DNA from: Pyrodictium delaneyi
Lineage (GTDB): Archaea > Thermoproteota > Thermoprotei_A > Sulfolobales > Pyrodictiaceae
Direction: 5' to 3'
Assembly (NCBI RefSeq): GCF_001412615.1
Contig: NZ_CP013011.1
Span: 1,530,001 to 1,562,000 of the forward strand
DNA: 32,000 nucleotides
Under the pieces are notes generated by a model. It saw only the letters and a list, made by a program, of their open reading frames with translations, made no database searches and had not been told where the DNA came from. Below, in pieces: positions 23,451 through 31,479 of this stretch (position 1 is its first letter; every line of letters begins with the position of its first letter). The translations under genes and the position numbers were made by a program.

Positions 23451-26400
23451 TTACTGCTGCCTGCGTGTAAAGGTTAGGCCTATTAGTACTAGTAGCAGTA
23501 TTAGGTTGATTATCGATATTGTTACTGCTAGGTTGGCTTTGCTGTATGCCTTGTCAGCAGCACTCTGTGCCTGCTGGGCTGCAGTGGCGGCCTTGTTTAC
23601 GTCAGCCTTTGTTGCAACGTTCTGTAGCTGTGCTAGTAGCTGGCTTATCTCGTCAATCTTCTGACCTAGCTGTGCTACAGCATCACCGAGTGCCTGTACC
23701 TGCTGGCCTACAGTCGCTATTGCATCGGCTGTCTGCTTGCTTAGGCCGGTTATTGCCTCAGCTAGCTGCCTGCCTAGCGCTTGCTGTAGCTGCTGGACTT
23801 GCTGCTGTACCTGCTGTAGTGCTTGTACCTGCTGCTGTAGCTGCTCTTGTAGAGCCTGCACTTGCTCTTGAGTCTGCTGTAGGGCCTGCTGTAGCTCACC
23901 TATCTGCTGTGTAGCAGCAGCCGTGGTCTGTAGTACTACTGTCTTCTCGGCTGGTAGGGCTACTTGCTCACTGTAGGCTATTACCGCTAGCTCATAGGCT
24001 GCATACTCTTCTAGCTTACTGGTTAGGTCTGCAGATAGCTCGATTACGTAGCCAGCTGCTGCCTGCTGTGCCTCGCCAGTGGCTAGTACCTTGCCGGTTG
24101 CTGGGTCGCGTAGGATATACTTCACATGTATTGGTGGCAGGCCACTTGCTGTTACTGTTATCCTTGCAGGTCTGCCTGGCTCTACTAGTGGTACTACTAC
24201 ATTGGTTATTGTTGTTGGTGTTGGTAGGCCGAATACCCAGTCAGTTGGGCCGAATGGGTATGTTGGGTCGCGGAATGCTTCTAGCTCTAGTACCTGTGCG
24301 TCCTTGTCGAAGCGTACTAGCTTGAATGGACCATCGCTTATCCATGCATTGCCATACTGGCTTATCCAGCTCTTGGCTGCCTGGATACGTGCATTCCACT
24401 CATCCTTGGTCATGAGGACTGTGCCGTCTGGCAGTGTGAAGTAGCCCTTGTACTGGTCATAACTTATCTCATCGAGCGCTGCAGCTATGGCCTCAGCGTG
24501 GTCCTTGAGTACTAGGTTGAGCTGCGGTATGTTCTCCTTCTCGGAGCGCGTGTCGCTGAGGGCAAAGGTCTTCTTCACGAATGCTAGGTAGTCCATTGCT
24601 AGCACTATTGGTGTCGGGTTGTAGAGCGTGAAGGCGGCGAAGTCGGCTATGTAGTTGGGATCGAAGTGCCAGTAGTCGAGATAGACCTCTAGCTTGTTCT
24701 GATCCGGCAGTAGCCTGTAGGCCACTATCTTGTCAAAGCTCTCCTTTGCTGGGCCGGCGATGCTGCTCTCTATCTGGCTCTTTACCGGGTCGTAAACTAT
24801 GTCTATGTTCTCGGCTAGCCATGCAAGTATGTCTGCATAGGTTATCTCTTCGCCATCGTGCCACTTGCTACCTACTAGCTTGGATAGGTCAAATACCACC
24901 TTGCTTACAGCTTCTGTGCGGCCGAGGTCCTTGGCATACACCCATCTATCGTTCTCGGCGTCCCACCATATAGCGTCGTCAGGTACCTTCATCTTACCAT
25001 CGGGGCCTGCTGTTTCAACTGAGAACTCTACTCTGAACGGTATGGGTTCGCCGTTGAACGGGTGCCGCCATATGCTTGGATCGTAAGTGGCTCTGGCAGG
25101 GTCTACGCTGTATACGTCGTCGAAGCCGCCTAGCGGGTTCCAAATCGTGGCAGCCGTGAAGACGTGTAGGTGACCAACCTTTACCGTGTCGCTACCTGGT
25201 ACGTACATGCCGCGGTACATGAATGGGTTCCTTAGACCGCTACCTAGGTCTAGTGTTACGCCCTTCACGTCAGCACGGGCTGGGAAGCTGCTCATTATTG
25301 CTGCTATCCAGATCCTTATGCTCTCCTGTATACCTAGCTCGGTGCCCTTACGTAGATACTCTATGAACTGCTCTTTACTCTTTACCTCACCGAGGGCTGC
25401 AGGCTTGCTGTAGCTGTCTATGGTGTCGTTCCTGTAGTTCCAGAAGTCGGCCTCACCCCAGCCAGGGGACCAGCCTAGCCATGCTGCTGCGAACTGTGCT
25501 AGCATCCATGGGTCCCAGCGGTCTAGGGCGCCTTTACCCCAGCCCTCTGTGTAGAAGCTCCACTCGAAGTCCTTGGGGTCAGTGAAGTATACCTTGGGTA
25601 TCGCCTCGCCGAAGGGTAGTATCTGTCTCTGCACCTTGATGCCTAGGGTGTTCTCTAGCTCGTTAGCGAATAGGTTACCTATGTCTAGACGCTCGTCCTC
25701 CTGCCTTATGATGCCTATTACTGTTATCGGTTTACCGTTGTAGTACCAGGTACCACCCTTCATCTCAGCACCTGCCTTGCTTAACACATTGCTTACAATG
25801 CTCTTTGCATACTCTGGGTTGTAGCTAAACTTGTACTTAGCAACTATGTCTATTAGTACTGTGTATGTCGGGTCGTCGGGACCGTAGAATGTGTACTTCG
25901 GTATGGCGAAGCCCTTGTAAATGTTCTTGACGATGTAGTCGCGGTCAACTATGTAGTTTAGCGCGAAGCGTATCTCACGGAAACAGAATGGGTTGATGTC
26001 AAACTTGTCGCTCTCCCATACTACCTTGGCGTCCGTTGGTAGGCCGCCCAGCGGCTTGGCACACAGCTCTACTACTGTTACATCCTTATCCTCTATCGGC
26101 ACACCTATCGGCGGGAGTTTCTCAGAATCTGGAGCCACATAGGTGGCGTATGCTATCACTACAGGGTCTACACCGAGCTTTTCGGCTGCTGCCTTCTTGT
26201 CAAGCTTGCCAGGCAGCGTCACTATCATGACTGGTGCTGGGTTTAGGCCTATGTCTACGAGGCCACTAGGAGCCTGGTATAGCTTGATACCGGGCTTACC
26301 GGTGAGCTCCTGGGCTGCAGCGGGCCTTAGACTGAAGAGGTATACATCAATGTCTCCCGTTTCGAGAGCGGCCGCGACCTTGTCAAGCGATACAGATTTC

Positions 26401-26516
26401 CAGATGATTCTATCCGTGGCTGGTCCCTTTTCTGCTTGGGCTGCAGCATGTGTGGCTATGCCGAGGGTCGGTAGCATGAAGAGGGCTAGTACTATTAGAG
26501 CAAGAATGCGTTTCAT
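23451..26516 (-). CDS. Family-5 (peptide/oligosaccharide) ABC substrate-binding protein with a C-terminal Gln-rich coiled-coil stalk and TM anchor (1021 aa)
   Basis: The signal peptide is MKRILALIVLALFMLPTLGIATHAAAQA. A large SBP-5-like body follows. The last 152 aa are a heptad-patterned Q/A/L-rich segment followed by LAVTISIINLILLLVLIGLTF and RRQQ. It is the first gene of the permease/ATPase operon. Confidence 0.85.
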   Translation of the reverse strand: MKRILALIVLALFMLPTLGIATHAAAQAEKGPATDRIIWKSVSLDKVAAALETGDIDVYLFSLRPAAAQELTGKPGIKLYQAPSGLVDIGLNPAPVMIVTLPGKLDKKAAAEKLGVDPVVIAYATYVAPDSEKLPPIGVPIEDKDVTVVELCAKPLGGLPTDAKVVWESDKFDINPFCFREIRFALNYIVDRDYIVKNIYKGFAIPKYTFYGPDDPTYTVLIDIVAKYKFSYNPEYAKSIVSNVLSKAGAEMKGGTWYYNGKPITVIGIIRQEDERLDIGNLFANELENTLGIKVQRQILPFGEAIPKVYFTDPKDFEWSFYTEGWGKGALDRWDPWMLAQFAAAWLGWSPGWGEADFWNYRNDTIDSYSKPAALGEVKSKEQFIEYLRKGTELGIQESIRIWIAAIMSSFPARADVKGVTLDLGSGLRNPFMYRGMYVPGSDTVKVGHLHVFTAATIWNPLGGFDDVYSVDPARATYDPSIWRHPFNGEPIPFRVEFSVETAGPDGKMKVPDDAIWWDAENDRWVYAKDLGRTEAVSKVVFDLSKLVGSKWHDGEEITYADILAWLAENIDIVYDPVKSQIESSIAGPAKESFDKIVAYRLLPDQNKLEVYLDYWHFDPNYIADFAAFTLYNPTPIVLAMDYLAFVKKTFALSDTRSEKENIPQLNLVLKDHAEAIAAALDEISYDQYKGYFTLPDGTVLMTKDEWNARIQAAKSWISQYGNAWISDGPFKLVRFDKDAQVLELEAFRDPTYPFGPTDWVFGLPTPTTITNVVVPLVEPGRPARITVTASGLPPIHVKYILRDPATGKVLATGEAQQAAAGYVIELSADLTSKLEEYAAYELAVIAYSEQVALPAEKTVVLQTTAAATQQIGELQQALQQTQEQVQALQEQLQQQVQALQQVQQQVQQLQQALGRQLAEAITGLSKQTADAIATVGQQVQALGDAVAQLGQKIDEISQLLAQLQNVATKADVNKAATAAQQAQSAADKAYSKANLAVTISIINLILLLVLIGLTFTRRQQ
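23532..23909 (-). repeat. CAG/CTG-rich low-complexity coding tract (encodes the coiled-coil stalk)
   Basis: The DNA is dominated by ctgctg/cagcag-type triplets (e.g. gctgctgtacctgctgtagtgcttgtacctgctgctgtagctgctc). This composition generates the spurious Leu-rich plus-strand ORFs 23401..23664 and 23519..23914. Confidence 0.6.
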
Positions 26517-26572
26517 AACTCTGTCCCCCAGTCGTGCTATAACACCTTTTGTTCATGTACCCTAAACCCTAT

Positions 26573-26592
26573 AATGCTGCTTTAAAAGCATT
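26573..26592. promoter_or_regulatory. Inverted repeat AATGCT-N8-AGCATT enclosing a TTTAAAA TATA-like box upstream of the binding-protein gene
   Basis: aatgct (26573-26578), gctttaaa, agcatt (26587-26592). The TATA-like core lies about 65-70 nt upstream of ATG 26516. Confidence 0.3.
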
Positions 26593-26687
26593 CCCACGGT
26601 GCCTACTGTTTATTCACTATTGATAGCTACATAGCTGATCACACCAACACAAGAGGTATTGAATGTTCTGGGTACCTATGTGAGGTA

Positions 26688-27440
26688 CTACCCGGTGTAA
26701 CGCGTCTTCGCAATTCTGGCCACTAGGATAATTAGTAGTGCTACACCTATTGGACGGAGCAGCAATGCCCGCTCAACATCCGCTTCGACCCAGCATCCAA
26801 CACTCCCTATACTCACTTGATCGCGGAACAGAACGCCACTCCATATTGTAGATTCTAAGTTACCTTTGGCCTCGATATTGAAGTCGCATTTAACTAGAAA
26901 GCTACACGTACTAGTTTGTTCTACTAAGCGGCAGCCAGGCACCTCTAATTTATTACCACATGCAGCCCCCTTTAGGACTATGTATGCTTGGTTAGCATCA
27001 AGTATGAGGAGGGCGCTGCCGTGTACTATTGGATAATTCCAGATAACCTCTACTGTGCCGGGACTCGACGACTCCATAATTGTTGGTGGTAACAAACTAC
27101 CGTCTTTCAGCTTTATTAGTATAGTATGTATCAGAGCAGGGCCTAGATATTGTTCCCCACCTCTTGCAGGAAATTCAGCCTCCTTAAGTGTTGTATTACC
27201 CCCTGCTATTCCACAGCCCAACTCGCTACATGGTATGTAGAGGAGCGTATACCCGGATACCTGCTGAGTCGCGCTATAATTTGTTGGCTGCAGTTTAACC
27301 GTGGCGAACGGTGCTATGCATACCTCTCCCTTACCTTGTAAGCCAAGAGGTATCGAAGGATTTACTGCCACAATTACAACAAGAATGCTGAGCATAATCA
27401 AATCTCGGAGATGTACCCCCTTCCATAAACGCTTGGACAC
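26688..27440 (-). CDS. Hypothetical Cys-rich surface protein with N- and C-terminal TM segments
   Basis: The N-terminal anchor is IMLSILVVIVAV and the C-terminal anchor is LLLRPIGVALLIILVARIA. Nine Cys residues lie in the intervening ~200 aa. The start is GTG. No family recognised. Confidence 0.5.
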   Translation of the reverse strand: MSKRLWKGVHLRDLIMLSILVVIVAVNPSIPLGLQGKGEVCIAPFATVKLQPTNYSATQQVSGYTLLYIPCSELGCGIAGGNTTLKEAEFPARGGEQYLGPALIHTILIKLKDGSLLPPTIMESSSPGTVEVIWNYPIVHGSALLILDANQAYIVLKGAACGNKLEVPGCRLVEQTSTCSFLVKCDFNIEAKGNLESTIWSGVLFRDQVSIGSVGCWVEADVERALLLRPIGVALLIILVARIAKTRYTG

Positions 27441-27531
27441 TATAGCTACTGCACCCGTGTCATTGCATCTGGGTAGTCCAAGAGGTCATAACACTATATG
27501 CTGGGTCTCTGCTTGAAACTCTCATCGGCAG

Positions 27532-28050
27532 GTGCAGGAGGCTATGCCAGGAATTACTCAGAGCTACTCTAGTAGACTCATGACCGCAGGCATAATACTG
27601 CTTATAATAGCTCTCTTGGCTTCTTTGGCGTCAATGATGACTAAGCATAAGCTTGTAGAGGCTAACCCTACGACATTATACAGCCGTGAAGGGCTTGTTT
27701 CGATCATTGTAGCCAGGTTGCTGGGCGACCAGGCACTTAGCGGGAGTATAAGGGTCAATCTTACTATTTATAACAATGGTGGACAGCCCGTAGAAGTACA
27801 CATACTACCATATACGAACACTTCAGCAGTAATAGGAGCCCACAACTCTACTACGTTTACCGATGTTGCACCCCTCGACAACATAGTGCTAAAATCGAGC
27901 AATTCTGTCAACGTCACAATTGAGGCCACCGCCATCGTTATTGAGAGGCCATATGCATCATTAGCTGTAGCAAGTTTAGCCTTATTCCTTGGAGGTTCCG
28001 CGATTCTTAGCCTAGCTGTTGTCTTGAGGCTCTCAGGGATAGAAGACTAG
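27532..28050 (+). CDS. Hypothetical surface protein with N- and C-terminal TM segments
   Basis: The N-terminal anchor is GIILLIIALLASLASMM and the C-terminal anchor is LAVASLALFLGGSAILSLAVVL. The middle looks beta-rich and carries sequons (NLT, NTS, NST, NVT). The start is GTG 27532 or ATG 27544. It is divergent from 26688..27440 across 91 bp. Confidence 0.5.
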   Translation: MQEAMPGITQSYSSRLMTAGIILLIIALLASLASMMTKHKLVEANPTTLYSREGLVSIIVARLLGDQALSGSIRVNLTIYNNGGQPVEVHILPYTNTSAVIGAHNSTTFTDVAPLDNIVLKSSNSVNVTIEATAIVIERPYASLAVASLALFLGGSAILSLAVVLRLSGIED

Positions 28051-28140
28051 CTCTTTATGAGGTACAAACATATATTATGGATATATGGAGCAAACAAAAA
28101 GTTTAGCGCACAATACTGCTGCAACGTCAGATAATTCCGC

Positions 28141-28575
28141 TCAGAAGCGCTGTCTATAACTACGACGGCGTGGCCCGCCGAAGCCGCTATTCCTGCGCGG
28201 CGGCCGCCAGTCTGGTGGCACTTGTGGTGTTTCCTCGGGTATCTCATCTTCTGGTGGTAGCGTGGTGTCGTCTACCCGCGTTATGTTGCCGCGTCCCCCT
28301 ATATTGAGAACCACTTGACCACGGTAGCTGGTCGTCCAGGCCCCGCTTATCATGACCGTGTCGCCCGCCTGAAGGCTCCCCGCCGCGTGGCCCCATAGTG
28401 TGAGTCTTGTGCGCCCTGTCTCGTCTCCCACAACGGCCTCGCTTATTGTGCGGGGTCCCCTACGAGTGTTTATTGTGCGGGGAGCCTCGGCTTCGAGGAC
28501 ACGGACGCGTATATTCACATTATTCATTCCGGGCTTGAGGTCGGATATTTTTATGATATTTACACTCTCCGACAT
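28141..28575 (-). CDS. ssb: Crenarchaeal single-OB-fold single-stranded DNA-binding protein
   Basis: KPGMNNVNIRVRVLEAEAPRTINTRRGPRTISEAVVGDETGRTRLTLWGHAAGSLQAGDTVMISGAWTTSYRGQVVLNIG aligns closely, from memory, with Sulfolobus SSB ([73 protein letters not shown]). The tail is flexible and Arg/Pro-rich. Confidence 0.9.
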   Translation of the reverse strand: MSESVNIIKISDLKPGMNNVNIRVRVLEAEAPRTINTRRGPRTISEAVVGDETGRTRLTLWGHAAGSLQAGDTVMISGAWTTSYRGQVVLNIGGRGNITRVDDTTLPPEDEIPEETPQVPPDWRPPRRNSGFGGPRRRSYRQRF

Positions 28576-28595
28576 AGATACGGTCTCCTCTTACG

Positions 28596-28602
28596 CTTAA
28601 AG
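28596..28602 (-). promoter_or_regulatory. TATA-like box (CTTTAAG on the minus strand) for ssb
   Basis: The box is centred about 24-27 nt upstream of the ssb ATG (28575), which suggests a leaderless or near-leaderless transcript. A GC hairpin abuts it immediately upstream (28603-28608 pairing with 28613-28618). Confidence 0.35.
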
Positions 28603-28885
28603 GGCGCGCTGCCGCGCCTTACAACTGAGAGGTATGGCGAGTAGCCATATTATAAGCCTTGCCGCGAGGTAACAGTTGTAAGTTTCTCGCGACCAATACC
28701 GTAGCATTAAATAGGGGCATTACAGCTTGTCTTGTTAAATTACGATTCCCAGTACACACGACAATAACTACGTTATGACAGTATTGTCCCTATTAGGCCT
28801 ATTACTGGAGTGCTACTGATGTCTACATTGGGGCTGTGTGGAGGCTGGCCTGTCCCGAGGCCCCATGAGGCCGCTGTGGAGCCCC

Positions 28886-29320
28886 TCAGGGAGCGGCGTC
28901 CGAGCCCCGGTTTTCCCGTATATGTTCAACCGTGAAAGCATATGGCAGCAGTTCACCCAGCCTCCACACTCTACTCTCCTTAGTCACTGTTGAGACTGAT
29001 ACGACAAGTGTATCTCTGCTACCGAACTCCGCTAATACCTGGCGGCATGCTCCGCACGGCGGAAGGGGCTCCGGTGTATCAGCAACTATAGCTATCTTGA
29101 CTACCCGGCGGCGCCCTGCTGCCACCATTGCCGCTATTGCAGCTCTCTCAGCACAGATTGTCAACCCGTAGCTAGCATTCTCGACATTGACACCGGTATA
29201 GATTGTACCATCCTCGGCCTCTACTGCAGCTGCCACATGCACGTTACTGTAGGGTGCGTAGCTGTTTCGATGAACACTTAGCGCTTTCTCCACCAGTTTA
29301 TCAAGATCACGTCCATCCAT
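28886..29320 (-). CDS. cdd: Cytidine deaminase (small homotetrameric type)
   Basis: The zinc motifs CAERAAI and PCGACRQVLAEF are present, together with NVENASYGLTICAE. Length is 144 aa. Confidence 0.9.
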   Translation of the reverse strand: MDGRDLDKLVEKALSVHRNSYAPYSNVHVAAAVEAEDGTIYTGVNVENASYGLTICAERAAIAAMVAAGRRRVVKIAIVADTPEPLPPCGACRQVLAEFGSRDTLVVSVSTVTKESRVWRLGELLPYAFTVEHIRENRGSDAAP

Positions 29321-29443
29321 GACTAGTGCCCGACACAGTATTCCAGTCCGAGACTACCCCTTAGATTCTATCCCACACTGCTACAGCGGGATTCAAAGAG
29401 GGCAGACTACTAGCCTGGGAGGACGGAGGGCTAGAGGGGCGCC

Positions 29444-30898
29444 TTGCCTAGCGACCAGCCAAGGGCTGTTATAGGGCTCGAGGTCCACGTACAGCTGACG
29501 AGCCTGAAAACCAAGCTGTTCTGCAACTGCAGCGCTGACTATCGTGGCGCGCCACCTAACACTCATGTCTGTCCTGTATGCCTTGGCCTCCCCGGCGCCC
29601 TGCCCGTGGTTAACGAGGAAGCCGTCCGGAAGGCTATCCAGGTCTGCCTTGCCGTTAACGGGCGTGTTGCCAAGCTTCTCCGATTTGACCGTAAGCACTA
29701 CTTCTACCCTGATCTACCCAAGAACTACCAGATAACACAGTACCTTGAACCCATATGCACCGGCGGCTACATCGAGATAGAGTCGCCAAGCGGGACCAAG
29801 AGGATAAGGCTACGGCGTATCAACATCGAGGAGGACCCGGGCAGGATAGTCTACCCTGGAGGGGGCCCCCTCACGAGCCCCTATGTGCTCGTGGACTATA
29901 ACAGGAGCGGCGTAGCCCTCCTCGAGATAGTGACCGAGCCAGACATGGAGTCGCCGGAGGAGGCTGTAGCGTTCCTCGAGAAGCTGAGGAGTATCCTAGA
30001 GCACCTAGGTGTCTGTGATTGTGGGCTCGAGGGCGCCATGCGGGTAGACGCCAACATAAGCATTGAGGGCGGCGAGCGTGTCGAGGTTAAGAATATCGGG
30101 AGCTTCCATGAGGTGAAGCGTGCTCTAGCCTACGAGATAACAAGGCAGCACGACCTGCTGCTGAAGGGCAAGCCTGTCCGGCGGGAGACACGCCACTGGG
30201 ACCCCGTACGCAAGGTGACGCTACCAGCGAGGGTGAAGGAGACGGAGGAAGACTACCGTTATATGCCTGATCCAAACCTGCCCCCGGTGCCCATACCCTC
30301 TAGCCTGGTCGAAGAGCTCAGGGAGACACTGCCTGAGCTGCCCGATGCACGCGCCAAGAGGCTTGTGAAGGAGTACGGCCTCCGCTCCCAGGTAGCAAAG
30401 GTTCTTGTGACGAGGAAGGTTCTCGCAGACTTCTTCGAGGACGCTGCCCGACTCTACCAAGGGAACTACGAGAGGATGGCTAACTACCTGGTTAACGACC
30501 TGCTAAACTGGCTCAAGGATGACGACCTAGCAGGGCTCTACAAGAGGGTCAAGCCCGAGCACCTGGCAAAGCTCATGAAGCTGTTAGACAGCGGCGTGAT
30601 AAGCATAAGGCAAGCAAAGGAGATGGCCGAGCACATCGCGAAGCGTGGCGCCGACCCGGAGAAGCTTGTAGACGAGCTCGGATTCCGTCGCATCGCTGAC
30701 CCGGAGAAGCTCCGGCCAGTAGTGGAGGAGGTGTTCCGGGAGAATCCCAAGGCTGTTGAGGACGCGCTCCGGAACCCTAAGGCGGTGAACTTCCTAGTAG
30801 GCATGGTTATGAGGAAGACGAGGGGGCGTGCTGACCCCGCGGTGGCCAGGAGGCTTGTAGTGGAGAAGCTTGATGAGATACGGAGAAGCGGGGCCTAG
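29444..30898 (+). CDS. gatB: Aspartyl/glutamyl-tRNA(Asn/Gln) amidotransferase subunit B
   Basis: VIGLEVHVQLTSLKTKLFCNC...PNTHVCPVCLGLPGALPV is the GatB N-terminal signature. The C-terminal YqeY-like tail ends NFLVGMVMRKTRGRADP. The start is TTG. Confidence 0.9.
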   Translation: MPSDQPRAVIGLEVHVQLTSLKTKLFCNCSADYRGAPPNTHVCPVCLGLPGALPVVNEEAVRKAIQVCLAVNGRVAKLLRFDRKHYFYPDLPKNYQITQYLEPICTGGYIEIESPSGTKRIRLRRINIEEDPGRIVYPGGGPLTSPYVLVDYNRSGVALLEIVTEPDMESPEEAVAFLEKLRSILEHLGVCDCGLEGAMRVDANISIEGGERVEVKNIGSFHEVKRALAYEITRQHDLLLKGKPVRRETRHWDPVRKVTLPARVKETEEDYRYMPDPNLPPVPIPSSLVEELRETLPELPDARAKRLVKEYGLRSQVAKVLVTRKVLADFFEDAARLYQGNYERMANYLVNDLLNWLKDDDLAGLYKRVKPEHLAKLMKLLDSGVISIRQAKEMAEHIAKRGADPEKLVDELGFRRIADPEKLRPVVEEVFRENPKAVEDALRNPKAVNFLVGMVMRKTRGRADPAVARRLVVEKLDEIRRSGA

Positions 30899-31347
30899 AG
30901 GCCTAGCCTCACGGTTTCCACGTCTATGCTCTTCGCGTAGCGCTCTGCATCGTAGCTGAACTGGTAGGCTGCTGCTACTGGCACTATCTCGGTGTTCTCT
31001 AGCTTCTCCGCTAGCTCGCCCACCTCGTCTGCCAACACGTCTACATCGCCTACGTCTATGTAGGGCTTCGCGTAGAGGTAGAACGCAATACCTTCGAACA
31101 TTACTAGTGCACGGGCATAGGGTATCTCGTCTACACCATAGTCCTCGACTATTCGGAGCAGCCTCGCCCCTTCGAGCCTGCCGCCGAGCACGAAGGCTTC
31201 TACGACTGTCCTCACATCGGCCATGAAGCGTATGAGGCTTGGGCCTCGAACCCTCGCCGCCGGCTCAGTGCCAGCTATCTCGAAGAGGCTGTGAGAGAGA
31301 CTCTCCAGTCCTATGGGCTCTTCTACTACTAGGCTCACGCGTCCCAC
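30895..31347 (-). CDS. Hypothetical acidic cytosolic protein (150 aa)
   Basis: The ORF is clean, starts at GTG, has no TM segment and matches no motif I recognise. Its stop overlaps the gatB stop by 4 nt in convergent orientation. Confidence 0.5.
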   Translation of the reverse strand: MGRVSLVVEEPIGLESLSHSLFEIAGTEPAARVRGPSLIRFMADVRTVVEAFVLGGRLEGARLLRIVEDYGVDEIPYARALVMFEGIAFYLYAKPYIDVGDVDVLADEVGELAEKLENTEIVPVAAAYQFSYDAERYAKSIDVETVRLGL

Positions 31348-31382
31348 CCGAACACAGTATTTGTGTCCTTGGCAGGGGTTTA

Positions 31383-31479
31383 GCCCGAGGGGGTAGTGTA
31401 GAACCGGGTATCAACCCAGCATAACGGGGGCCTGGGTCGCTGCGAGATTCCATGCTGTAACGCGTGCTACTCGGGTTTT
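31383..31479 (+). ncRNA. Candidate small structured RNA with a 7-bp terminal stem and T-run (class unknown)
   Basis: GCCCGAG (31383-31389) pairs with CTCGGGT (31470-31476), giving six Watson-Crick pairs and one G-T, and closing a 94-nt GC-rich segment. The inner stem is ACCCAG (31414-31419) with CTGGGT (31432-31437), or CAGCAT (31417-31422) with ATGCTG (31452-31457). A weak TATTT element (31358-31362) lies about 25 nt upstream and TTTT (31476-31479) follows immediately. The segment is antisense to both flanking genes. Confidence 0.3.

Noticed and set aside
23401-23914. The Leu/Ala/Cys-rich plus-strand ORFs (23401..23664 and 23519..23914).
   Set aside because: They are the CTG-frame mirror image of the CAG-rich coiled-coil coding tract of the binding-protein gene.
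31383-31476. A tRNA gene, possibly intron-containing, suggested by the 7-bp acceptor-like closing stem, the 94-nt length and the trailing TTTT.
   Set aside because: Positions 8-9 are GG rather than U8-N9, and the would-be D loop is 13 nt. The best anticodon-like stem (ACCCAG/CTGGGT) encloses 12 nt. No T-arm exists, because the nearest T-loop-like run (TTCCATG) has a pyrimidine at position 57 and its flanking bases cannot form a T stem. The opposite strand also fails (no D-stem pairing). I kept it only as an unclassified RNA candidate.
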